A stretch of DNA of 64,000 nucleotides from Candidatus Bathyarchaeia archaeon (GTDB lineage: Archaea > Thermoproteota > Bathyarchaeia > Bathyarchaeales > Bathycorpusculaceae), in the NCBI GenBank assembly GCA_049512935.1, contig JBEKWR010000004.1, positions 1 to 64,000 on the forward strand. Direction: 5' to 3'. Positions 28,987 through 38,677 of the stretch are shown here, piece by piece. Position numbers and translations under genes: made by a program. Under the pieces are notes generated by a model. It worked only from the letters and a program-made list of their open reading frames with translations. It was not told the DNA's origin and searched no databases. Each line of letters opens with the position of its first letter. The stretch's first letter is position 1.

Positions 28987-29937
28987 ATGAAGAAAATTGG
29001 GGTAGCAGTAATCGGCACAGGTTTTTGGGGGAAAAACCACGCCCGAGTCTACAAGGAACTTCCCTCAACCGAACTGGTTGCCATCTGCGACGTTAACCCT
29101 GAAAGAGCAAAAGCCATCGCTGAACAGTTTGGCGCAAAAGCCTACACTGACAGTTCCCGAATGCTTCAAAACAAGGAAATAGAAGCTGTCAGCATTTGCA
29201 CTTGGTCAACGGTTCTTGCTAAAGAAGCATTCAAAGCTTTGAGGGCTGGCAAGCATGTTCTAGTCGAGAAACCAATGGCCACCAACTCGAAGCAGGCGGA
29301 GAAGCTTTGTGCAGTTGCGGAGCAGAACGGTCTTGTCTTAACCGTGGGGTTTCTTCAGAGGTTTATCCCGGGGCTTCAGGTCATCCGTGAAGCAGTCCAG
29401 AGTAAGAAAATCGGCGAGTTAGTTTGTTCTAACGCGAAACGTGTTTCGCAGTGGCCTGAGCGTATAGGCGATGTGGGTGTGGTTAAGGACACGGCGATAC
29501 ATGACATAGACGTGATGCGTTTCATATCTCAGCAGGACCCAATCACGGTTTACGCTAAAATGGGAAGCATGAGGAACCGCAAATTCGAGGATTACGCCCA
29601 CATAATGCTCACCTACAAGAATGGGGAGAGCGCCTTCATAGAATCCAACTGGCTGACACCGTACAAAACGCGGACGTTAACTGTTACGGGAAGCGACGCT
29701 ATAATGCGGCTTGATTACATAACTCAAGACTTGTGGATTGAACAGCAAAAGGAGACTGTGCAGCCGAGGTACCCGTTTCAGGAACCGTTGAAATGTGAAC
29801 TTCAACACTTCGCGGAATGCGTGCTTGAAAAGAAAAAGCCGCTTATAACAGGAGAGGATGGAGTAAAAGCGTTGGAAATCGCTCAAGCCGCAATGCAATC
29901 TTCAGCTAAAAACAGGGCGATAAACCTAACAAGGTAA
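28987..29937 (+). CDS. Gfo/Idh/MocA oxidoreductase (UDP-GlcNAc 3-dehydrogenase-like)
   Basis: IGTGFWGKNH, HVLVEKP, DTAIHDID, WLTPYKTR. Confidence 0.88.
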   Translation: MKKIGVAVIGTGFWGKNHARVYKELPSTELVAICDVNPERAKAIAEQFGAKAYTDSSRMLQNKEIEAVSICTWSTVLAKEAFKALRAGKHVLVEKPMATNSKQAEKLCAVAEQNGLVLTVGFLQRFIPGLQVIREAVQSKKIGELVCSNAKRVSQWPERIGDVGVVKDTAIHDIDVMRFISQQDPITVYAKMGSMRNRKFEDYAHIMLTYKNGESAFIESNWLTPYKTRTLTVTGSDAIMRLDYITQDLWIEQQKETVQPRYPFQEPLKCELQHFAECVLEKKKPLITGEDGVKALEIAQAAMQSSAKNRAINLTR

Positions 29938-29941
29938 GAAG

Positions 29942-30211
29942 CTACTTTAGGCTGAACGGTTTTCCTTCGGTAACTATTTTTTCTGGGACTTTCGCCTTCC
30001 ACTTCTTTAAGAAAGGCAAGTCTTCAGTCTCTTTTCGAAGTTCATCAGGAAGCATTTCTGGGATTTCGTCCCTGATCGGGTACCAGCGCAGGCACTTCGG
30101 GCAAACGATGAGCCCTTCCACCACTTCATCTTTCTCTTCGAAAACGTGAAGTTCAAGAGGATGGTACTTGTCGATGGGGCAAGCCAAGATGCCCATAAGT
30201 TTACGCTTCAA
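29942..30211 (-). CDS. Trm112-family protein
   Basis: ILACPIDK.PLEL, CPKC.RWYPIRDEIPEMLP. Confidence 0.9.
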   Translation of the reverse strand: MKRKLMGILACPIDKYHPLELHVFEEKDEVVEGLIVCPKCLRWYPIRDEIPEMLPDELRKETEDLPFLKKWKAKVPEKIVTEGKPFSLK

Positions 30212-30247
30212 TTTTCCTCACAGAATAAGTATTTCACGGCTAAGCTA

Positions 30248-31114
30248 TTAAAACTTGCTTGGCTGCGAATCGACCCGTATGTCCAGAACAGTTTGGTACC
30301 AGTTAGGACCCGTGCTGCGAACTACGCGCGCAAAAACGAAACTGTAACCCACTCCAAGAGTGTCAAGTTTTTGGGCTACATTCAATTTTGTTTTATCAGC
30401 GGGGTCTTTTTTTCCCGTGGCATGCTGGAAATCGTAGAGGTGTATCCAGCCGCCGCCTGGCTTGAGGGCTGAAACCGCGTAGGGAAGGTATTCGACGGCT
30501 TTTTCAGGCAGAGGCATCAAAACTCGGTCAGCCTTGCGCTGCAGTTGCTGGATGATTACTTCTTTTGAGTCGCCAAGCAGCGGGGTCACTTTGCCGTAAA
30601 CCCTGTTGATTTTAACGTTTTCTTCCATGAACTTGACAGCTGTCGGGTTAACGTCAATTGAGAACACTTTAGTTTGGGGCACGGTTTTCGCGATTATGAT
30701 GCTAAAGCAGCCGACCCCTGCAAACATATTAACAACAGTCTCGCCGTTTTTAACAAGCCCAGCAATCCGTGAGCGTTCATGCGAAAGTCTAGGCGAAAAA
30801 TAACATTTCTTCACGTCAACCGCAAATACGCAGCCCGACTCCCTGTGCCGAGTGCATGTTTGGTCTTCTCCTGCCAGCAATCTTAGTTCCCTAACCCTAA
30901 AATCACCTGAGATAGGACTAGTTTGGGCAAAAACCGTCTTAACATTTCGGTGGACAGCCATTATTTGGGTTGCTACTTTTTGAGCGTTGATTATGTTGCC
31001 GCTTGACACTTTAATGATTGCTATGTCTCCTATTATGTCAAAGGAATTGTAAATTAGATTTAACTCTGCAGAAGAGAATGCGGTGGAAAGTTTTTTTCGA
31101 AGCCTTTTTCTCAA
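30248..31114 (-). CDS. Trm5/Tyw2 (Met-10-like) tRNA methyltransferase, short form
   Basis: SFDIIGDIAI, YFSPRLSHER, NMFAGVG, DRVLMPLP. Confidence 0.85.
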   Translation of the reverse strand: MRKRLRKKLSTAFSSAELNLIYNSFDIIGDIAIIKVSSGNIINAQKVATQIMAVHRNVKTVFAQTSPISGDFRVRELRLLAGEDQTCTRHRESGCVFAVDVKKCYFSPRLSHERSRIAGLVKNGETVVNMFAGVGCFSIIIAKTVPQTKVFSIDVNPTAVKFMEENVKINRVYGKVTPLLGDSKEVIIQQLQRKADRVLMPLPEKAVEYLPYAVSALKPGGGWIHLYDFQHATGKKDPADKTKLNVAQKLDTLGVGYSFVFARVVRSTGPNWYQTVLDIRVDSQPSKF

Positions 31115-31193
31115 CTTTATATCCTCATTAACAGCAAGGTATTGGAAACCTTTAAAAGCAAAATACTTTTCTTTGTAGGAGAAGGCGTTTCTA

Positions 31194-31355
31194 ATGGAAA
31201 AATCAGGGATTGTTTACGAATGCATGAGATGCGGTGCAAGAGTGCCATCCGAAGAACTCGAACTGCGTGGCGGAGAGACCAAATGCATTATCTGTGGCTA
31301 CAGGATTCTTAAAAAAGTTAAACCGCCAGTAGTTAAACGTGTTCAGTCAAAATAA
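31194..31355 (+). CDS. rpoP: DNA-directed RNA polymerase subunit P (Rpo12); not in the ORF track
   Basis: Translated by hand: MEKSGIVYECMRCGARVPSEELELRGGETKCIICGYRILKKVKPPVVKRVQSK. Confidence 0.92.
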   Translation: MEKSGIVYECMRCGARVPSEELELRGGETKCIICGYRILKKVKPPVVKRVQSK

Positions 31356-31416
31356 GAAGAAGGGGAATACTCGTTTTTTCGGCACGAGTAACTTAGTTTT
31401 TGGTTTTTAGTTTATA

Positions 31417-31728
31417 TTAAAAGAGTTCTTTGTCTCCGAGTTTGCGCAAAGCTTTACCTTTAAGTCTTATTGATTCAGCCAAGAAGCCGTCATCAATGTC
31501 TTTTTCAACGGTTTTGCGTTTGACGGTTTCGCCGCATACTCCTTGTGGCAACAACCGCCTTTTTAGGCACATGGAGTAGGTGCAGTTTGCGACATTGCAC
31601 ATTTCTTCGGTCTGTTTACACCAAATGGAGTCTCGTCGGTAGAGAACAGAGTTTTGGCTGCACTTAAAAGATGGGCATGTTGGAGAACAAGCTTTTGATT
31701 GAGCCAATAGATACACCTCAATTGTCAA
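31417..31728 (-). CDS. Small Cys-rich hypothetical protein
   Basis: Eight Cys in about 55 residues (CSPTCPSFKC...WC...C...C...C...GVC); start uncertain. Confidence 0.6.
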   Translation of the reverse strand: MTIEVYLLAQSKACSPTCPSFKCSQNSVLYRRDSIWCKQTEEMCNVANCTYSMCLKRRLLPQGVCGETVKRKTVEKDIDDGFLAESIRLKGKALRKLGDKELF

Positions 31729-31824
31729 ATCAAAATCATGTTGGGTTTTGTTGTTTTGTCCTTGGTTCCTCTATGTTATTTGGTTAAGATATAAACTTTA
31801 TTCTTTTCAGGGGAAGTTTGATAT

Positions 31825-34005
31825 TTAAGTTCCACTGGCACGGTGTCTTCTTCGCCAGTAAATTTCGACGGTAACTAGCAGGATGACCGCTACTAATATG
31901 ATGATGACTGTTAGCAGTGCGCTTGTAGGCATTAAGAATGATCCGAAAGCGATGAACCCATCCATCTTTATCTGGACGGAGGTCGGTTGGTCGACGGTTA
32001 GGGCTACAGCTTGATAGCTATTCTCTGCGCCCTGAGCAAACGCCACTATCTGCAAGTTGCCGCCGACGATGTTGTTGAATGTTGCTGTTCCGTCTCCCGG
32101 AGTCTTAGCTGAGAGGCGCTCCGTGGATGGTCCGTTCACTGTGACGTTAACGTTTGAAATTGGCGAACCGAAATAGTCTACAACTTTCACTGTCACTTGG
32201 ATTCCGTAGAGAGTGCAGCGTATGTTGTATTGGCTGCTGCTGAAGGCTTGGATGGTAGTCTGGTTGAGCAGAATGCTGTTTTGGTATATTTGAAGCCTGT
32301 ACATTCCGAAGGTGACTGGCGCGGTTGCTGAGCCTGAGCTGTCTGTTGTGGCGGTGTAGAATAAGCCGTTTGTTATTTCGACAAGTTGTATGTTTGCGCC
32401 AGAGATTGGAGTGTTGGTGTAACCAACCACGTTGATTGTTACCGGTTCAGTTGGGCATATTATCGTTTCATGGCTGACGGCTTGCGATGGAAGGCTGCTG
32501 ATGGTTTCATTGCCGGAGTTGAACACTTGATTGTATAATGAAGCCTCGATAGTGTAGCTTGCGTCAACTATCATGGAGTCCGCCGTGAAAGTTCCCGAAG
32601 GACCCGTTTCGCCTGACATGTTTCCTTTTTGAGACGACCCGTAGGTGTAAGTAATAAGTAAATTCACGAATGGCAGCGCGGTTCCATTTTCATTCTGCAC
32701 CAAAACTACAAGGTCAGTTAACTGGCATGAAAGGGTAAAGCTGCCTGCTCCTGTGACCACTATATTGCCTTGGCCTACGGTAAAGCCGTTCATTGTGGCG
32801 GTCAGATTGTAGGGACCTGCTTCAAGATTAAAGCTTGCTACTCCGTTATATCCGCTTGTTGCACTGTAAGATGTGCCGGCTAATGTGTCTTGGACTTTGA
32901 CAGCTATGTTGGGAACAGTTTCGCCGGCTAGATTTACAGTTGTGATACTAACAGGGTACCCTGAAACTGAAAAGCTTTGCTCGTCTATCACTGCTTTCGG
33001 GGTGCCGCTCGTGGTGGTTATCGTTACGTTATAGCTTCCGATCGCGGCGTCAGAAGGAACGGTAAATGTTGTGGTGAGTGTGCCGTTATCCGAGGCGATC
33101 CATGGTGATGGTTGTGGTGTGGAAAGAATATTTGCGCCTGAGGAACTGGTGACTGCTAACGTTGCAGTCTGACCCGAAGCGTAGCCTATCGCGTTAACCG
33201 TTGCTGTTTGGCCTCTGTGATAGGCTGTTGAGTCAAGGAAGCCCACGGCAAACGTGGCTGACCCTAAACCATCGGTTTGGTTGAAGTACGCCGTGTATGT
33301 ACCTGCGTATTCGGTAGGGTTGGATACGCCTGCCCCGCTCGGCGTAAAGCTTCCTGGGAAAGTGACCTGCGAACTTGCAGTTCCCAGACTATTAGCGGTT
33401 CCCAACGGCACTAGTTCTGAGTAGCTTTCGTCAAGTGCGCTTGGAAGTGCGACGGTGACGTTGGCGACGTAAGATGTGCCAGAAGTGCCGCCTGTGACTG
33501 AGGCAGTAAGCGCTACATTGTTACCTTCCTGCACATATGCGGGAACAGGAGTTATTGTGTAGCCGGTTAGGATTGTGAACGTTTCAGGGGTTGAACCTGT
33601 GGAGTTCAGGTTGTTTGCTTTTATGTCTTCAAGAATCAAGTTGTAGCCGCCGTAGGGTAGCTGTGGCACGGTGAAGTTGGAGTTAACGTAGTACCCGACA
33701 GAAGTGCCGCTTGAAACGATGTCGTTGCCGACAATTATGTTGAAGGTGCCGTTGCTGGTGTAGATGGTTCCTTGAAGGTTCATGGATGTTCCAGGCGTCC
33801 CGTTGTATTGACCCATGTTAGCCACGTAAATGTTCGCCTGACTTGCAGGAACGACTTGAAGAATGCTTACGCCTATGCTGGTGTTTTGCCCGAGCACCGC
33901 GACTAATGGCGTAAGAATAATACTTAATGACAATAATGCCAAAAGGGTAACTGTAACAATCTTTTTACTCAAACCACTCTGCCATCCTGAAAGGTAGATA
34001 CTCAC
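31825..34005 (-). CDS. Large cell-surface glycoprotein with carboxypeptidase-regulatory-like repeats and a C-terminal TM anchor
   Basis: Signal-like N-terminus, repeated VV...G.PI..ANV...TD..G.ATF modules, many NxT/S sequons, TM followed by WRRRHR. Confidence 0.8.
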   Translation of the reverse strand: MSIYLSGWQSGLSKKIVTVTLLALLSLSIILTPLVAVLGQNTSIGVSILQVVPASQANIYVANMGQYNGTPGTSMNLQGTIYTSNGTFNIIVGNDIVSSGTSVGYYVNSNFTVPQLPYGGYNLILEDIKANNLNSTGSTPETFTILTGYTITPVPAYVQEGNNVALTASVTGGTSGTSYVANVTVALPSALDESYSELVPLGTANSLGTASSQVTFPGSFTPSGAGVSNPTEYAGTYTAYFNQTDGLGSATFAVGFLDSTAYHRGQTATVNAIGYASGQTATLAVTSSSGANILSTPQPSPWIASDNGTLTTTFTVPSDAAIGSYNVTITTTSGTPKAVIDEQSFSVSGYPVSITTVNLAGETVPNIAVKVQDTLAGTSYSATSGYNGVASFNLEAGPYNLTATMNGFTVGQGNIVVTGAGSFTLSCQLTDLVVLVQNENGTALPFVNLLITYTYGSSQKGNMSGETGPSGTFTADSMIVDASYTIEASLYNQVFNSGNETISSLPSQAVSHETIICPTEPVTINVVGYTNTPISGANIQLVEITNGLFYTATTDSSGSATAPVTFGMYRLQIYQNSILLNQTTIQAFSSSQYNIRCTLYGIQVTVKVVDYFGSPISNVNVTVNGPSTERLSAKTPGDGTATFNNIVGGNLQIVAFAQGAENSYQAVALTVDQPTSVQIKMDGFIAFGSFLMPTSALLTVIIILVAVILLVTVEIYWRRRHRASGT

Positions 34006-34182
34006 ATCTGTAGTTAACTCATTGAATAATTAAGAGATGATTTTAAACTTTGCCATTATTCTATCCAATAGTTGCCCGAATTCAACCTAACAAGTTTACC
34101 AACATGGATTTTATGATAAGAAATCGGTTTTTGCCAACGGGGTTTTTAATAGAGTGAAGCTTCTAAATTTACACAGATTTCG

Positions 34183-35154
34183 GTGGAAGAGTTGGAAAAA
34201 AACGCTGCCTCAGCGCTTTTAGGTGCTTTGAAGAAGCAAAAGTACCATTTGGTGGGTAGTCACTCGGCTGTTAAAAGGTGCAAGTGGCTCTACGAGTCCA
34301 TAGTCAACGATAGACCCTGTTATAAACAGAAGTTTTACGGGGTAAAATCGCACAGGTGCATCCAGATGACGCCGAGCCTGTACTACTGTACTCAGCAGTG
34401 CCTGTTCTGTTGGAGAGCACAGAGCGGCGACTTGCAGGTAACTTGGGACGAAATGAAAATTCCGAAAATGGACTCGCCGGAGTCGATTGTGGAGGGATGC
34501 TTCAAAGCTCAGGAAAAGATTTTAACTGGGTACAAGGGTAACTCGAAAGCTAACTGGCGCAAGTTCCAGGAAGCGTTGACGCCTAAACAGGTTGCCATCA
34601 GCCTAACTGGGGAACCGACGCTTTACGAGCCCCTAGGAGAGCTCATTCGAACTTTCCACCGCAAGGGCTTAACAACGTTTCTTGTTTCCAACGGCACCCT
34701 GCCAGCTAAGCTTTCAAAACTCAGCCAGGAACCCACGCAACTCTACATTTCGGTGTGCGCGCCAAACGACCACGTTTACAAGAAGGTTTGTCGACCAGAG
34801 TTTGGAGGCGCGTGGGCAAAATTGAACGAGACGCTGAGTTTGTTGCCGAGCTTCCGCTGCCCAACCGTTGTTCGAACGACGCTGGTGAAGGATCTTAACA
34901 TGAACCGCGTGGACGAGTACGCTAAGCTTGTTGAGAAAGCCAGTCCGACGTACGTTGAGGCAAAGGCGTACATGCACATCGGCTTCTCCGGCTTGCGCTT
35001 GGGGTTTGAACGCATGCCGATGCACGTTGAGGTTAAAGATTTCGCTCAGCAACTGGCGGAGAAGACAGGTTACATGGTCATCGACGAAGCGCCTGAAAGC
35101 AGGGTCGTGTTGCTGAGCAAGCTCAAAAAGCCCATTCAGGTCGGCGTCGGCTGA
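34183..35154 (+). CDS. taw1: 4-demethylwyosine synthase Tyw1/Taw1 (radical SAM)
   Basis: HSAVKRCKW, CYKQKFYG, CTQQCLFCWR, AISLTGEPTLY. Confidence 0.93.
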   Translation: MEELEKNAASALLGALKKQKYHLVGSHSAVKRCKWLYESIVNDRPCYKQKFYGVKSHRCIQMTPSLYYCTQQCLFCWRAQSGDLQVTWDEMKIPKMDSPESIVEGCFKAQEKILTGYKGNSKANWRKFQEALTPKQVAISLTGEPTLYEPLGELIRTFHRKGLTTFLVSNGTLPAKLSKLSQEPTQLYISVCAPNDHVYKKVCRPEFGGAWAKLNETLSLLPSFRCPTVVRTTLVKDLNMNRVDEYAKLVEKASPTYVEAKAYMHIGFSGLRLGFERMPMHVEVKDFAQQLAEKTGYMVIDEAPESRVVLLSKLKKPIQVGVG

Positions 35155-35289
35155 ACCGCGTCGGAATTTTGTTTTTGGCTTGTTGTTGAAGATGATGATG
35201 AAGATGATGACACAATTGTTTTCCACGCAAACCGAAAGAGGCAGCCTCGTTGACCTGCCGTGTTGTTGATGAAGGACATTTTCCTTCTT

Positions 35290-35393
35290 GAAAAAAACCA
35301 TAAACACCCACGGTCCTTACCCCAGTCTAATCGTATGTGTGACACACGAGTCAGAAACGGACCTGAACAGAAAGGCCCGTGGGACCTGCCGTC
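35290..35393 (-). ncRNA. Candidate structured ncRNA (long interrupted hairpin followed by a T7 tract)
   Basis: Nested stems on the minus strand: CCCACGG(G)CCTT/AAGG(A)CCGTGGG, TTCAG/CTGGG, TCTGA/TTAGA, TCGTGTGT/ACATACGA. The G-U pairs form only on this strand. Confidence 0.5.
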
Positions 35394-35490
35394 TTAAACA
35401 AAAGGTTTATTGATAAGATTGGAAACTAAGCATATGCGTTTATCAAAACGGTCCGTTTAACTTATTCAAAAATGCAAAAGGTAAAATGTT

Positions 35491-36072
35491 ATGAGTCTAA
35501 AATCTCCTGAACAAAAAAGTGGTCATTTAGTTGTGCCTGGAGAACGCTTAGGCGTCATTGAAGAGTTCATTCCAGACTCTGGAACGTACGTTAAAGACGG
35601 CGTCATCTTCTCAAAAATCGTGGGTCGCTCACTTGTTGACCTGCAGAACAGGCGCGTTTCCGTTTACCCCGCAGTTGAAGGTGCCGTCGTGCCGAAGCTA
35701 TCCAGCACGGTTGTGGGGCAGATCGGTAACGCTCAATCTGACAACGTTTTGGTGCGGATCTTTAAGGTGGGTAACAAGCGGCTTTCAGGCGAGTTCGGCG
35801 GCATTCTGCATATTTCAGACGTTTCCGACAGGTACGTTACCTCGATGAGTGACGTGTGCAAGCCAGGCGACATCGTGAGGGCTAAGGTTATCAGCGAGAA
35901 AAACCGCATTTTCCACCTGTCTACGAACGATAAGAACTTAGGCATTGTGGATGCTTTCTGCTCCCGATGCGGTAGCCTTCTTGAGCCTGAACGGTATGAG
36001 TTGCGTTGCCCTAAGTGCGGTAACATCGAGAAGCGTAAGTTGGCGCCTGACTACGGAAAGGAAGAGGTTTAG
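35491..36072 (+). CDS. csl4: Exosome complex RNA-binding protein Csl4
   Basis: VVPGERLGVIEEF, S1 domain, CSRCG..CPKCGNIEKRKLA. Confidence 0.93.
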   Translation: MSLKSPEQKSGHLVVPGERLGVIEEFIPDSGTYVKDGVIFSKIVGRSLVDLQNRRVSVYPAVEGAVVPKLSSTVVGQIGNAQSDNVLVRIFKVGNKRLSGEFGGILHISDVSDRYVTSMSDVCKPGDIVRAKVISEKNRIFHLSTNDKNLGIVDAFCSRCGSLLEPERYELRCPKCGNIEKRKLAPDYGKEEV

Positions 36073-36076
36073 CGAA

Positions 36077-36367
36077 ATGGGTAGCTTGAAGATTAACGTT
36101 TTGAAAAAGTCAGGGAACGAGCTTAAGATCGAGATCGTTGGCAGCAGTCATGGGCTCTGCAATTTGTTGGCGAAGCGGTTGCTGGAAGATAAGACTGTGG
36201 AGTTCGCGGGTTACGATGTGCCGCATCCTTTAGCGTCGAGTCCTAACATTTACATCAGGATGAAGGGGCGCGCTAAGCCTGAAGACGCTTTGGTCCGGGC
36301 TGTTGAGAAGGTTCGGGAAGCAAACGACGCTTTCAGCAAAGAGTTAGACTGCGTCTTAAAAGCGTAG
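36077..36367 (+). CDS. rpoL: RNA polymerase subunit L (Rpo11)
   Basis: H.LCNLL..L...VEFAGYDVPHPL; start ATG 36077. Confidence 0.9.
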   Translation: MGSLKINVLKKSGNELKIEIVGSSHGLCNLLAKRLLEDKTVEFAGYDVPHPLASSPNIYIRMKGRAKPEDALVRAVEKVREANDAFSKELDCVLKA

Positions 36368-36435
36368 TCCGTTTCAGTTTTTTCTTTTTTTTGCTTCTTG
36401 TTTGCAAGTAAGGGTAGGGGGTCCTTTTTTGGGAT

Positions 36436-36570
36436 TGGTTGTTTTGGGTTGTTTTTTTGGTTTAGGGCTTGGGTTTGTGTCAGGTTAGGGTGCGGGAAGG
36501 TCTAAAAAGGTTGGGAAAGGTGCAGAAAGATACGGAAAGATACGAAAGGATTGGGGAAGATGGGAAAAGG
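36436..36570. repeat. Dispersed-repeat core (copy D, minus strand, 36436-36468) plus eight degenerate 10-bp tandem units (36491-36570)
   Basis: Reverse-complement core GCCCTAAACCAAAAAAACAACCCAAAACAACC. Units: TGCGGGAAGG, TCTAAAAAGG, TTGGGAAAGG, TGCAGAAAGA, TACGGAAAGA, TACGAAAGGA, TTGGGGAAGA, TGGGAAAAGG. Confidence 0.7.
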
Positions 36571-36688
36571 TTGGGGCTTAGAGGTGCGGAAGCGTCTTTG
36601 CGGTCCACGCGCAGCTCATCTGTCAAGACTAAATTTGACCTTCAGTTTTAAAAGCCGAAACGTGCCTACTATTCTTCAGTGAAGCGTT

Positions 36689-37267
36689 TTGGAGCCCAAA
36701 GAGTTTCGAGTCATAAAGCCTGAAATCCGCATCCTCGGCGTCGACGACGGCAAATTTGTCCCTCACACGCCGGGTTCCGTGATCGTTGTGGGCGTCGTTT
36801 TCCGAGGGGGCTGCCAAATCGACGGCGTCATGCACACCCACGTTGAAGTCGACGGCTTCGACGCGACCGACAAGCTTGCCTCGATGGTTAACGGTTCGCC
36901 TCACTGTAAGCAGCTGCGCCTGATAATGTTGGACGGCATCACGCTTGCCGGCTTCAACGTCGTCGACATCAAAAGGCTCAACTTGGCAACCGAGCTTCCC
37001 GTCATCGCCCTTACCCATGACAAGCCTGACTTGGAAGCCGTCCATGAGGCGCTAAGTAACCTGCCCCTAAGCGAGGAACGTTGGAGAATAATTCTTGACG
37101 CAGGAAAAATCCATGAGGTAACCTGCAGGGGCAAGAGGCTCTACATGGAAGTCGCGGGCATCTCCGAGTCTGACGCCGAAGAAGTCATCTTGTCCACCGC
37201 CACAAACGGCAGTTTCCCCGAGCCCCTCCGAGTGGCGCACCTTATCGCTTCTGGGGTTACTCTCTGA
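36689..37267 (+). CDS. DUF99 (endonuclease V-like) family protein
   Basis: RILGVDDG, DG.DAT, MLDGITLAGFNVVD, PEPLRVAHLIASG. Confidence 0.88.
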   Translation: MEPKEFRVIKPEIRILGVDDGKFVPHTPGSVIVVGVVFRGGCQIDGVMHTHVEVDGFDATDKLASMVNGSPHCKQLRLIMLDGITLAGFNVVDIKRLNLATELPVIALTHDKPDLEAVHEALSNLPLSEERWRIILDAGKIHEVTCRGKRLYMEVAGISESDAEEVILSTATNGSFPEPLRVAHLIASGVTL

Positions 37268-37347
37268 TTTCGCGTGACTTAGAAAAGGTTTAAAAGGTAC
37301 ATTGCTAAGGGAATCAAAAACGGATAGAAATATTGGAGTGGGGAAAC

Positions 37348-37698
37348 ATGGAGTTCTGCCCTAAATGCGGTTCCCGTCTTGAGCCAAAGAAATCAAAGAG
37401 CGGCAAAGAGGCTTCTCTGATTCTCGCGTGCATCAAGTGCGGCTACAAGAAGCCTGAGGCTGGCGAGAAAGTCGAGGTGGCTCCGAAGGTGATTCAGCAC
37501 AACCCCCAGCAGTTTGTCGCCGTCATCGGGAAGGAAGAGCAGAAGTTAAGCACGTTGCCCACCGTGCGGATTGAATGTCCCAGATGCGGGAACAACACGG
37601 CATACGTCTGGCAAGTACAGACCCGCGGAGCAGACGAGTCTTCAACCCAGTTTCTACGCTGTACCAAATGCAACTACACGTTCAGAGAATACAGCTAA
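37348..37698 (+). CDS. tfs: Transcription factor S (TFS/RpoM)
   Basis: MEFCPKCG, CPRCG, QTRGADESSTQFLRCTKC. Confidence 0.93.
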   Translation: MEFCPKCGSRLEPKKSKSGKEASLILACIKCGYKKPEAGEKVEVAPKVIQHNPQQFVAVIGKEEQKLSTLPTVRIECPRCGNNTAYVWQVQTRGADESSTQFLRCTKCNYTFREYS

Positions 37699-37921
37699 AG
37701 AATGTTCTTCATAGTTTTCTAATTGCTATTCTTTTGAAAGCATAAGAGTCACGCTTGTAAAGCCTGAAAAAACCTTTTGGCGCTGGTCAACAAGGAGAGC
37801 AGACTTATTTTACGCTGCCAAGCGCTTGTATTAGAACAATTTATTTACTACCTCAAAGCTTATTGGGAAGCTATATAACTTCACAGTTGATATGCATTAA
37901 GCGAGGAAGAGGAGCTATAAC

Positions 37922-38677
37922 ATGTTTAAGCTTAAAGTGTCCGACGCTAAACTCTTAAGAGACATGGCTACAGCCATCTCAATCCTAGTTGACGAAGCCA
38001 CCTTCAAAATCGACCCTGAAGGGATGAAACTTCGAGCCATGGACCCATCTCGGGTTGCTATGATCGATTTTGAATGGCCAAAATCCCTTTTTCAAGAGTA
38101 CGTCTCAACTGACCCTTCGAAAATCTGCATTAACATCAGCGAGCTGCTTAAACTTCTCAAACGCGCGGGAAAAGACGAGGCAGTTGAGCTGTCCCTTGAC
38201 GACAAAACTGGCAGACTGCTAGTAACGATAACAGGCAAGTACAGCAGAAACTTCACGATGCCAACCTTGGAAGCCTCCGAAGAGGAAGTGCCCACTCCAA
38301 AAATAACCTTCAACGTCAAAGCCAAAACCACAACCCAAGGCTTAAGCCAAGCAATCGAAGACGCGCAGCTGGTAAGCGACCACGTGCGCATTGAAGCGGA
38401 ACCCGAGAAGCTGACTCTCAGCGCTTCAGGCGACCTGATGGGTGCAACCATAACTCTGCAGAAAGGCAGCGACGCACTGCTTGACTTGGAAGTTAAGGAG
38501 AACGCCAAGGCAACTTTCAGCTTAAGCTACCTGTCTGAAATCATCAAAGCCGCATCAGCCACCTCCGAAATTGCAACGCTTGAATTCTCCACGGACATGC
38601 CTGTGAAAATCGATTTTCAGCAGGCGAAAGAGGGAAAACTGACCTTCTTCTTGGCGCCAAGAATCGAAACTGAATAG
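37922..38677 (+). CDS. pcna: Proliferating cell nuclear antigen (sliding clamp)
   Basis: AMDPSRVAMID, FSLSYL, FFLAPRIE. Confidence 0.96.
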   Translation: MFKLKVSDAKLLRDMATAISILVDEATFKIDPEGMKLRAMDPSRVAMIDFEWPKSLFQEYVSTDPSKICINISELLKLLKRAGKDEAVELSLDDKTGRLLVTITGKYSRNFTMPTLEASEEEVPTPKITFNVKAKTTTQGLSQAIEDAQLVSDHVRIEAEPEKLTLSASGDLMGATITLQKGSDALLDLEVKENAKATFSLSYLSEIIKAASATSEIATLEFSTDMPVKIDFQQAKEGKLTFFLAPRIETE

